Source: Antedon mediterranea
Lineage: Eukaryota; Animalia; Echinodermata
NCBI RefSeq assembly: GCF_964355755.1
Contig: NC_092672.1
Coordinates: forward strand, 36,276,437 to 36,340,436
Direction of reading: 5' to 3'
Length of the DNA stretch: 64,000 nt
The notes below the pieces were generated by a model. The model saw nothing but the letters and a program-made list of their open reading frames with translations. It had not been told where the DNA came from and did not search any database. Every line of letters starts with the position of its first letter. Positions within the stretch are counted from its first letter, which is position 1. This document shows positions 26,148 through 37,306 of the stretch, in pieces. The position numbers were made by a program, and so were the translations under genes.

Positions 26148-27186
26148 GACCCCATTTACACTTCATCGACGATTTCTTAGCCGGCCCGAAGTCGGCCCGA
26201 CGCCGGCTTTCTTTTTAGCCTGCAATGTGTTTACACTTACCCAAAAAGCCGGCCTCGGGCCCCTACTATTGTGTTTACACTTGATGCTCGATGATACGAT
26301 TTCGCTACATTCACGTCATATCCGCTCATGTGCGTCTTAAAAAGTTAAAAATTGTCGATCTACACTAGGCCTATCAACTTTATCAAAAAAGAATCAAATA
26401 ACGGTATTTAATATGGATCAAAACAATTGTATTATTGCTTTACTACTAATGTTTGCGTCTCGTTTTCTAAAGAATAGTAGTAGATAATACGCCTTTTTTA
26501 CGAAACGGAAGACATCTTCGATCGATCGATGAAAACACAAACAATGCCGTTCAACGAAGCGTAACTAACAGAAATAACATAGCGTTTTCAGCCTATTTTC
26601 GGAGGATAAGTTACTTAAAAATTCGTAACTCCTCAACGGACAGTCGTATGGACAAAATTTGTACTGTAAAATGTTCTTTAAAGATTAGCCTATATAACTG
26701 TGTGATTAAAAAAAATTAAAAATTTTTTTTTTCACTTCTTAAGTCCATCGAAAAAAACACCACAGTTTATAAGCATAGGCGCCGCATGGTGTCCTGAAAT
26801 CCCATGAAAACGCTATGTTATTTCTGTTGGTTACGCTTCGTTGCACGGCATTGTTTGTCATAGATCGAAGATGTCTTCGTTTCGTGAAAAAGGCGTATAC
26901 TATCTTCACCAGTTTAATTTCAATGAAGAATTTCCGATTCATCAGCAAAAGCTATAGTTGACCCAGAACGTTCATTTTATGACCGCGAGTGTTTACACTA
27001 TACGAAGTGCCGGCCCGAAGCCCGCAATTGCCGGCCCGAAGCCTACTCTAGACTAGGCTCAAAATTGAGCCGGCTCGAGGCCGGCTCGGTTGTTCCCAGA
27101 GTGTTTACACTTGTGCACTTTTGGCTCGGAGCCGGCCTCGAGCCGGCCTCGGGCTCGCTAAAAGCTGAAGTGTAAGACCCCATTTA
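26148..27186. mobile_element. Non-autonomous DNA element in the LINE 3' UTR (TTACACTTCA...TGAAGTGTAA; GCCGGCCCGA subterminal repeats)
   Basis: Inverted ends plus repeated GTGTTTACACT and GCCGGC(C/T)CGA motifs at both ends. Confidence 0.7.
26490..26895. mobile_element. TA-flanked MITE with ~100-bp TIRs, nested in the previous element
   Basis: 26490-26590 (CGCCTTTTT..GAAGACATCTTCGATC..CAGAAATAACATAGCGTTTTCA) is the imperfect reverse complement of 26805-26895; TA lies on both sides. Confidence 0.75.
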
Positions 27187-30100
27187 GAGTACAATATGAA
27201 ATATAATTAAATACGGTATAATAACAAGTATAACGATACAATGTAGCGGAGATTATTGAATACCAGGGTGAAGGATTTAATGCCATGTATCACCACCAAA
27301 TAAATAAGGATAAAATATTCTGACACCATTTTGTGTTTGAAATTAGATTTAAAACTAGAAAAGGAAGATTTCTGTTTAAGTTCATTTGAGAGTGAAGTCC
27401 AAAGTTTGGGACCAAAATAATACATAGAAAATCGTCGAGCCTTAACATTTAAATTATCAAGGATATAATTGTTACAGAGGATCGGGTTTTATAGGAATGG
27501 CGTTCGTCAATTCTTGTAAATAAAGCATTAAAATGTGAAGGCAGTAAATTGTTAGATAAACGGTACATAAATGAGGCAACTTGTAATTTATTTAAATCAT
27601 AAATGTTTAAAACGTTAAATCTTTTAAAAAGTAATTTTGTATGGGCTCTAAATGATTCTCCCGCGCAAATCCGAAGTGCACGTTTTTGTAGTTTAAAAAG
27701 GCGGTCAATTTGAGTTTTCTCTAGACTTGTACAGGGGCATAACGTATTAAATTTATCTAGAGTAATTGCCCAACATGAATTGGCATAAGAAAGGTAAGGC
27801 AAAACTAAAGTATTATAAAGGGTTAATAAGGTTTTTTGAGGGAAGATATGTTTTAATTTGTTCAATATTCCAACATTTCTAGAAACTAGATTACTGATTT
27901 TATTTATATGTATAGTTTCCAAGTCAGAGAGGCATCTATGGTTACTCCTAAAAATTGTGTTTCATTAACTCGTTTGATCATTTTATTATCAATGTATATT
28001 TGTTCATTTAAAGAATTTGAAATTTTACGTTTAGAAAATATTATATAGTTAGTTTTGAATGTATTAAGAGTTAATTTATTGTGTTTGAGCCAATTTGAAA
28101 CTTTAAGTAACTCATCATTGACAATTTTAAACAAGGTATTTAATTTAGGATGAGAGAAAAAAATATTTGTGTCGTCAGCAAATAAGATAAAATTTAGTAA
28201 TTTAGAGCTGTTTGGTATATCGTTAACAAAAATCAGGAATAAGAATGGTCCAAGAATCGATCCTTGGGGAACACCACAGGTTAAACGGGAATAGGAAGAG
28301 TTAAAATTATTTAAGGAAGTAAACTGAACACGATTGAAAAGGTAGCTTTTAATTAGTTTTAAAGGAAGGCCTCTGATACCGTAATTTGAAAGTTTATGAA
28401 TTAAAATATCGTGGTTAATAGTATCGAAGGCCTTAGATAAATCAAGGAAAATGCCAACAGAAAACTTATTTTTACTCAGGGCAATTGTAATTTTGTCAAA
28501 AATATCTAATAAAGCAAGATCTGTTTTTCTTTTTCCTGAAACCATATTGGCCTTTAAATAAAATGTTATGTTTAGTTAAAAAGGAAGAAATTCGATTATG
28601 CATTATTTTTTCAATTAATTTTGAGAAACAAGGAAGTAGGGAGATTGGTCTGTAGTTATTGAAATGATGAGGATCTTCTTTCTTGTAGATAGGGATGACT
28701 TTAGCTATTTTAAAAGAATCAGGAAAAATACCGGTTTGAAAAGAAGTATTAAAAATGTGAGTTAAGGGTTTGCATATAAAATTAGAAACACGTTTAATAA
28801 TTTTATTGGAAAACCCATCAAACCCAGGAGATTTATTATCTTTGAGGGAAAGTATTATACTGACAACTTCATGTTCGGTTACAGGACTAAGAAAGAGAGA
28901 GTGCACACATGGACGAGGTAGGGTAGAAGTATAATTATCATTATCCGACACATGTATTTTGTTAACTAAATTTGGCCCTATACTAGTAAAATAATTATTG
29001 AATTCAGTTGCAATTTGTTGAGGATTATTTAATTCAATGTCATTGTTAATAAAGTGAGAAGGAAACGGTTTACGAGATTTCTTGCCGAGGACTCCATTTA
29101 TTGTTTGCCAGGTTTTTTGGATGTTATTTTTATGGAATTCAAATTTGTCACTGAAGTAATTCTTTTGGGCAGTACGAAGGATTTTGGTAAGTACATTTCG
29201 ATATTTAACATATTTATCTTTGTCCTTTTGCTTTTTAGATATAAGAAATGTTTTATATAATTTGTGTTTTTTGTCGATAGATTTAATTAAGCATTTAGTT
29301 ATCCAAGGTTTTTTTTTTCCCGAATATTGCGTCTGGAACGAGTGGTTTTAATGTTGTTATTATATAATGTATTAAATTGTCTGTCAGACAATGTGGTTTT
29401 TGAGTTATAATTAAACGTTTCTTTTCTCTTTTTATGTGAATTTTGTTACAGAAGTGAATAACTTTGATATGAAACAGTCTCAATTTAGTTTATTTTATTG
29501 CTAAGGTCAAGTCTGGGGGTCACTTCATCAGGCCTTTCAAGTGTGAAGTACCATATTTCAAACAAAAACTTTCATGGACTGTTTTGATAATAATTCAATG
29601 ATTATCTGACAGCGAAATACATTATTGTCATGGGACTCATAAATACCAGAAATGCAGCTGGTACCTATAAATTATATTCGAGTTTCAATTTTAGCAAAAA
29701 TGTCAAAGTGTAGTACTATAACTGCTGCTTGATTTCATCTAATAAATGAGTCATCTCGTGTGACGAGGGGCTAGAGCAGCAGCGTGAAAAACGACGCAAA
29801 AAATCAGCATTATAAAAACTGTGAAAACAGTAAGAATTATTATTATACATTTTTAGATTTACATAAAAAAAATATAAATACAATAAATCTGTAACAAAAC
29901 AATAATATTGTAAGCATAAAAAATTGCACAAAAAAATCAGTATTATAAAAACTGTGAAAAAACTCTTATACATTTTTTATTTGATTTTATACATAAAAAA
30001 GTATTACATACCATACCATACATATGTAAAGACGATTGGTATAGATATTTATATAATAGATATAAGTGAACTAGAAGCTAGGGGCATAAATTAGTCTTTA

Positions 30101-30269
30101 TTAATTATTAATTACGATTTTAGGATAGATATACTTAAATAATGCTAAAAATATATATATTGAGTGAATTTTCTCCAACTTAAAAACATTGTAATAAATA
30201 GTTGATCTGAGAAATAATACTATGTCCGAGAAATACTGTATTAAGCTCTGTCTACACTATGCTATATTA

Positions 30270-30800
30270 TGCTATAAATATTTATTGTGGAATTGTTAGA
30301 ATTGAGCATTTACTACTGGGTAAATACATTAAACAGTCTATTTCAGTTAGATACCCCACTGTAGGGTTAAAGAAGGTTATCTATGTGTTATCTATTGTAT
30401 CAAACATTATTGGGTTATTTCATTGGAATATTGGAATTGTGTTAGATAGTAAACGTTAGTCATAGTAAACAACGTTTTTAGTATTGACTTTTCGTAAATT
30501 GAAAACTTTGCGGATAAACATAATATCAGCAATAAATATGCATTACTGATGGACCAACAGACAGGGTTATATCCGTGGTAATAATCTGTTAACGTTGAAA
30601 TGACGTAACCAATTACGATGACAGAGACAGCAACACAGACGCCGGCAGTACTGGAGTTCACCAGCAAACCACAGGGTGGCCAACAGCGGATAAAAAAAAT
30701 GATAGGTGTGACAGCATAAAATTATGCCAGAAAAGATGCTAGACACAATTTTCACCCAAAAATCTTGTACCAGAGGGAGGTATGGGTATGGACCATCATT
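30270..30800 (-). pseudogene. Decayed paralog fragment of the 719-aa membrane protein gene
   Basis: LVNSSTAGVCVAVSVIVIGYVISTLTDYYHGY aligns with LVNPGTAGVFVGVALILIGYIFATITDFYNGY of the 37307-39466 ORF. Frameshifts and stops surround it. Confidence 0.75.
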
Positions 30801-31335
30801 TCACAATCTTTGCACGATTTTCTTTTTGTCCTTGCAATTGCATGTTACGTCATGTCTTTAGAGTGTTTAATTGGTGGATAGTAGTAATAGTAGAGATGAC
30901 CAACCAGTCATAAATATTGATTACAAGCAGGTTCGTAATTTTTAATAAATTATTAACTTTACTTTAATTGTCTAGTTATTTGGACATAGGCCTAATAAAA
31001 GTATGACACGCTTTAAAAAAAAAAGTGGTTTTTTTTAACCTAAATCGGGTAGACGAACCAGGTGTTGGTTTTCCAATTTGGACGCAACGCAAGGGCGTAA
31101 GCGCGCCGCAAGTAATTTGACCAATCACGACGCGATGAATCATCCGAACTTTCGCCTGTGATTGGTCGTGAGGTAATTTACCGATTGATCGTAATCAAAA
31201 CGGTACTGGGTTTGGTCTACTAGCGTTCCTGCTCCCAGCAAGTTCATCCATTCATAGAAAAAAATAGATATAAAGAAGAAAAGCAAGAGACTATGGAGCG
31301 GCTATTCCCTATACTGTTCCAAATACCGTGAATAT

Positions 31336-31975
31336 TTGTGGTTAGAGGTTTCAGATGGTAATAACTTTATTATTGTAAGTGTTATTTATAGAAAGCCAAA
31401 CACTAGTATACATGAATTTCACAACGGGTTAATAAATGTTCTTAATTCTATAAAAATAGATAAACATCAATGTATTCTGCTAGGAGACTTTAATATTGAT
31501 CTGTCCAAATCGGACGATGATAAGTCGATAGATGAATTTTCTACAGCCTTAACTTGTATTAATTTAAATCAAATTATAACAGTTCCTACAAGGATTACGA
31601 AATCGTTATTATCCTTTCACTTATTTAGTTTTTTCAACATATCACCCCTGTTCTCCGTCGTCTCCATTGGCTCCATGTTGAAAAAAGCGTATTGTTTTCA
31701 AAGTTCTTTTATTTGTTTTCCAATCCATTCATCATTTTTGTCCCCAGCGTATATTTCAGAGTTAATCAAGTTTCGCTCGGCGACCTGTACTCGTTCCCTC
31801 AGGTCAACGTCTGACTATCCACGGTGTAGATTGAAGTCATGTGGGGATCGATCTTTCATGGTCCCTGCTCCAAAATTGTGAACTCTTTGCCTTTGGTGAT
31901 TCGTGAGTCTCCCTCCGTTTCGATCTTCAAAGCTCACTTGAAGACGTAGACTCACTTGTTTCGTTCTGTGTGAAT
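31336..31975 (+). mobile_element. LINE remnants: APE endonuclease fragment joined directly to an L2-type ORF2 3' end
   Basis: YRKP..GDFNIDL..PTRIT runs to ~31600 and is followed by a frameshifted LHWL..SPAYISELI..RSLRS..GDRSF..APKLW-like C-terminus. Confidence 0.75.
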
Positions 31976-32937
31976 TCATTATTTTTTCATATACATTTTA
32001 TTCATTTTATTGTTTGATAGGCAGGACAGTCAGTATGACACTTGTGAATAAATAGCTAGCTTGTCTTGACAAGTTAGTGAAACAGTGTGGTGATGTGAGA
32101 TTCCGTTTTCGGACTTTTTTTTTCTGTTGTCTTGGTCAATTTATTCGGTTTTCTTAGGCTATTTCGTAGTTTATTTTACATCAACATTTTCATTTTCACA
32201 CTTGTGCTAAACAGCGCATAGAGACTATTTTGTATTTTGCGCTATATAAATTTAAAACCATTAGCCATTATATTTAGCATTTTTTGGTACCCTGAAACTA
32301 AAAGTCTTCATTACTGTTTTTGTCCTGTTTCCGGTTCCCGTGTTGTCCTGTTTTCTTTTTCAGTTTCTATGGGCTGCCTTATACAAGCTTCGCTTTTTTG
32401 AAAAAAATTTTAATCATATTTAGGCCTACTGTTAATTTTTATTTATTATGAAATTATAAGAGAAATAAATGTTACTTTGATTGATTAATTTAAAGTGTCA
32501 TTCAAGGGGAAAACGCCTCGTGTCGTTTACTCGAAAGCTTTTTTTTCAAATGGTGTAGTTTATTTGAATAGGCTTACATCGGTAAAAATGCATTTAATCA
32601 ATAGAGCACGTTTCAGGCAATTTTGAGAATTTCAAAATTGTACAACTTTTTTTTGCTCTCACCTCTCTTTCCCAAATGTAGTCAATGTGGTTGACAGTAT
32701 ATGCCTATATTATTGTATTTCGTATTGATTTTATGATACTATAAACGTAGTGGTCGTTTGTTGAGTTTTTTTTAATAGCAACTGGCATTTCAATATTCAG
32801 TCTCTATATAGGCCTATTTGTTCAAATTGCATATTAACGTGCACGCAATTTAAATTTACAATGTTTAAAAAAATAATTAACAGGACAACGATTTTAACCT
32901 TTATCGAACTTTTGAAATACCCTTCATGAGAACTGAA

Positions 32938-33285
32938 CATTTCAAAATAACAGATTATTACCACGAATATAACCCTCTGTCTGTTGGCCTATATCAGTAA
33001 TTCATATTTATTGTTGATATTATGTTTATCCGCAAAGTTTTCAAGTTACAAAAGTCAATACTAAAAAAGTTGTTTACTATGACTAGCGTTTACTATCTAA
33101 CACAATTCCAAAATTCCAATGAAATAACCCAATAATGTTTGATACAATAGATAACACATAGATAACCTTCTTTAACCCTACAGTGGGGTATCTAACTGAT
33201 GGCTTTGTCCAGAAATAGACTGTTTAATGTATTTACCCAGTAGTAAATACCCAATTCTAACAATTCCACAATAAATATTTATAAG
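32938..33285 (+). pseudogene. Inverted duplicate of 30270-30600 (second relic of the membrane-protein paralog)
   Basis: Near-continuous reverse-complement match to 30270-30600; it begins TDYYHEY. Confidence 0.65.
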
Positions 33286-35099
33286 ATAATTGTTTACAGC
33301 GGAAGATTAATTCCTAGAGATAAATAGTTAATAAAATAATTAACTTTTCGTTAGTAATAATACAATACTATAAAAAATATTATGATTATGCAATACTTAG
33401 GCTATATAAGTCTGTAATTATTCAATGTTACTAATTTGTACAACAAAGATCCAGTACGCAGATCGACAACAGGCAAGGTAAGTTAAATTAAAATGTATCA
33501 AATGTGTTACCATTTGAGTGTAGGAGGTAACGATTTAACTGACCAATTGGGGGTGTAATTAATGGTTTTTATAGATTTTGATCCTTTAGTCACTGTTTTA
33601 TTATATATTCTCTCCCCGTTTTTCGTTGGTTGAACCAGGGAGTTGTAAACTATGTTAGGCCGTCAAAAATATTTATAACTACAACAAATTAAAGTATCTC
33701 TTTGGAGATCCCATTTCGTGAATAAACTGAAAGATGACGAGTCTCTAGTGCGCGCGCGTACGTACAATTGAAGAACTACTAGTGCTGTTCCATTCCGCGG
33801 CCGTACCACGCCGCAGGGAGCTTTCGCATCGGGACGGTAAACAATGGGGGACGGTAATTAACAGAGCGTGATGCAGACCATGTAGGTGCTGGTTTGGTGG
33901 GCGTGCTGGAAAAGTTTCTACGTTAGCCTGACCGTAAGTCTAGGGCCTGTTTCTGCTGAGCAGGAATAATCGGTTAGTAACCGATTATTTTTTTAATCGA
34001 TTATTTTTGGGCAGCAGAAACGGCGCAAAATGACATAGGCCTAACCGATAAAAAAAATAACGTATAATCCATTGCGAGTTTTACCGATTATTGCGTGTTT
34101 TAACCGATTATTGACCGCAACTCCGTGAGTATGGCAATCCTCACTCACAAAGTAAGCTGTTTATTTGCGCGATCGACGATCAGCAAAACGAAGATGTGAT
34201 AAACATTTGATTGTTATTATTTTGTGGGGGAGAATTATACCGAGAGACTCCAGGAGGGGAATAGAGTTCTGCGAATTCTGCGTTAACTTTTGGTTTGCGC
34301 TTGCATGTCCTTTTTTAGGCCTGTCGTTTTCGGTAGAGATACATAATTACGTAGCCTAGTAGGCTACTAGTAACTAATAGTAGGCCTAGTTAGTAGAGTA
34401 GTACAAACAGCGAAACGAACTTGCTCGCCGATGTGCCCTTATCATCAGGGCCGTACCCAGGATCTGTCAAGGGGGTTCGGACACTGAATTTAGGACACCC
34501 CTGAGGGGGAGAATTTTGTTAAATGACACCCCTAGATGGCCGGAAATGGTACTCTCGCACATAACATTCATGATAAATGGCACCTCTAATTGGTCGGAAA
34601 AGACACTCTCATGCAGCATGCTACCAATGAGCAAAACAATCGTATTCGTACTTTTTTCCTCCTTCCTCACACACGTGAACTATTTAACCGCCGATTGTTT
34701 GATCATTCACTCGGTATTTTGTTTTGCGTTCAATTTCAATGTGAACGTACGCCTAGGGGAATCCCCGAAAAAAGCACAATTTGTGTGAGAAGTCAAATTC
34801 AATGCTTGTTATAGCTCTACCTATTATTTATTTACAGCAATTTGTTGAGGAAATCAATATTAATCAATGTAAATAGATGGTATTGATACAGTTGAGCTAC
34901 GTATCGGCTGGTAGCCCTAGAAAAAAATAATCGGATGCTATAATGTAAACTACAGTACATGATACCATAGATATTATAGTGTAATATATTAATATTCACT
35001 ATAATCCTCTATGATGATGATACACTATACTTCATAGCCACACATAAATATTGTAGTTAACCGCAGCGTTCCATTTTGTATGTACGTCGGAAGGCTATA

Positions 35100-35580
35100 C
35101 CGTAAATCTTCTAATAGTAACCCACACTCTAATATAGTAATCCTCCTTCTAATATCCAACCTTATAAGTCAATCTATAATAATAATCCACTACTCTAATA
35201 GTAACCCATGGGGTTAATATTAGAGTCACAAAAGCTATTGACAAAATAAAATTATGAAGAGTAGTCGTTTATGATGCAGCCGTATTTTGAAAATAAGGAG
35301 ATAATGCATGTTGATCTCGGGAGTAGGGGAGGATTGAGTGTTTTTGAGTTTATAAAATAAAGTTAGAGTTCAAACAAATTTGTTTATTCGTAATGTTTTA
35401 TTATTTTACTATGATTTGCTGAACGGAATAGTTGAGGTGAGTTACTATTTTCAAGTGCCTAAATTAAGATTAGTAATAGTGACTCACTACTCTAATAGTA
35501 GGCTAATCCCCTTCTATTAGTAACCCACCCTAAAAAACAATCAAAGAATAAACCCAGGGTTACAATTAGAATATTTACGG
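35100..35580. mobile_element. Tc1/mariner-pogo-type MITE
   Basis: TA|CCGTAAATCTTCTAATAGTAACCC ... GGGTTACAATTAGAATATTTACGG|TA, with internal CTCTAATAGTAACCC repeats. Confidence 0.85.
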
Positions 35581-36099
35581 TATACTTTATGCATGAAATA
35601 ATTTTAATCCATGCTTTATGCATGCTGACTTCCGTGGTCTAAACAATATAGGTACGCGGTTGTCTCTGGCGGTGTCCTTACGAATCGTTCGTGCACCAGC
35701 TCACTGTATGCGAGTACGATACACGCGTCAATATCATGTTATGTCCCGGGATTTCAGGTGAAAATCGGCAATTCATTTGCAACTCTTGGAAATTTACGAC
35801 GTATCGCTCGACGTACGCTTATACAGCGAAGAATGTATCGAGTTATTCACGAACGAGTTTAGGAATTTTTCAATTTAGATTTGCGCCGTTCAAAGGATGA
35901 ACTGAAACATTATTAAATTAAAACCTTACAAGAGGCGAACGAGGATTCTTATTTTTATAATGAATCTTAAAGAATGAAAGTCAATTCACAGCCTACAACC
36001 TAGTATATGATATACATAAATTATGAGGTTTTTAGTTAAACCATTTCAAAAATTGAAAAACTTAGGCCTACCGCGTGCATTCGCTTCGTACTGATCGAT

Positions 36100-36705
36100 C
36101 ATTTTCACGCTGCTGCTCTAGCCCGCTACGTCCCATTAGGACTACTCAATCAGAAGCTAAAGCAAGCAGCAGTTATAGTTCTAAGGACAGACAGTTTTGT
36201 GAAAATGGAAACTCCACTATGATTTATTGATTCCAGCTGCTACAGTAGACCCAAAAAACGGCTGGGAAAGAGTCTATTAGGACATGTCATGCTAAAATTA
36301 CAAATCCCTAAGCATTTCTGGTGGTATATTCACTGTCAGATATTCATTGAATTATTATCGAAACAGTCCATTAAAGTTTGTGTTTGTAATAGGATACTTC
36401 ACAATTGAAATATCTAGGGTGATGAAGTGACCCCCAGATTTGACCTTAGCAATAAAATTAACTAAAGTGACAGAAATTGAGTATTCACTTCTGTAACAAA
36501 AAAGTAATATTTATTCACATATAAAAAATGAAAAGAAACCCAAAAACCATTGTCTGACCGACAATTTAAGTATTTATTGCTTTAAATTACATTTTTTTCA
36601 GGTAAAATAATTATCTATTATGTGACAATAAAATGACACATTCAAAAACATTTGAAATAAAAAATATTTTTCAATAAGCGAGCAGCGTTTTTTGTAAGAA
36701 ATATT
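36100..36705 (-). repeat. Inverted duplicate of 25670-25846 + 29375-29790 (uninterrupted version)
   Basis: Reverse-complement matches include TTTTCACGCTGCTGCTCTAGCCC, GATGAAGTGACCCCCAGA.TTGACCTTAGCAATAAAAT and TATGTGACAATAAAATGACACATTCAAAAACA. Confidence 0.85.
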
Positions 36706-36988
36706 TCTTGTTTGTTATTGTTCTTTGTCTATTATATTTATATGGAGGCATAAAAGATAAAACTACCTCCATGATTAGACCGAACGTTGTATTGACAAAT
36801 TGTAGCCCCGATAAGAACGGAACGTATACTGAGCTTATACGCATGCGCAGATTATTAATAATAATAATAGTTGTATAATAACCGTATCCTTTTACATGTA
36901 CCGTCCCCCTTTCGTCTACCGTCCCGATGCGAAAGCTCGGTAATGTTAAAGAGTCGCTATCCAACCGGGTTTGAACAATACCATGAAA

Positions 36989-37066
36989 GCCCCAGTGGTC
37001 TAATGGTTAGGACATCTGCATCAAGCAGAAGATTCCGGTTCTCATTCTCACAGATTTCCTCATCTT
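36989..37066 (+). mobile_element. tRNA-derived SINE / tRNA pseudogene remnant
   Basis: GCCCCAGTGGTCTAATGGTTAGGACA (A box/D arm) and a degenerate B box GGTTCTCATTC. The anticodon arm is shortened and the acceptor stem 3' half is missing. Confidence 0.6.
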
Positions 37067-37306
37067 ATCGTTTCAAATTAATTAATACATTTTCAGTATT
37101 TCACCGGGCAGTTTAGAATTAATGTTCTTTGCATATATTTATATATATATAAACAAATCAGGCAAAGAACATTAATTCTAAACCGCCCGGTTATCTATAT
37201 ATAACACAGGCAAAGAACATTAATTCTATTTATTTAATGGCAATAAAAACGACTAGGCCTACTAATTTGTTTTATTTTCAGAGTCATTATATTTACTCCT
37301 CAAACT

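Larger units (their letters stand above)
25846..29370 (-). mobile_element. Decayed 5'-truncated L2/CR1-group LINE (frameshifted RT ORF2) with AATAAA-(CGAAA)n tail
   Basis: ORF pieces 28496-28951, 27904-28545, 27449-27922 and 27207-27425 carry KSPGFDG, NYRPISLL, DLSKAFDTINH, GVPQGSILGP, FADD. The tail reads TTTCGTTTCGTTTCGTTTATT on the + strand at 25846-25870. AATTGT occurs on both sides, and an empty site is seen in the inverted copy at 36541-36705. Confidence 0.9.

Noticed and set aside
36989-37060. Functional tRNA gene
   Set aside because: The anticodon arm is truncated, the T-loop is degenerate and there is no acceptor-stem pairing.
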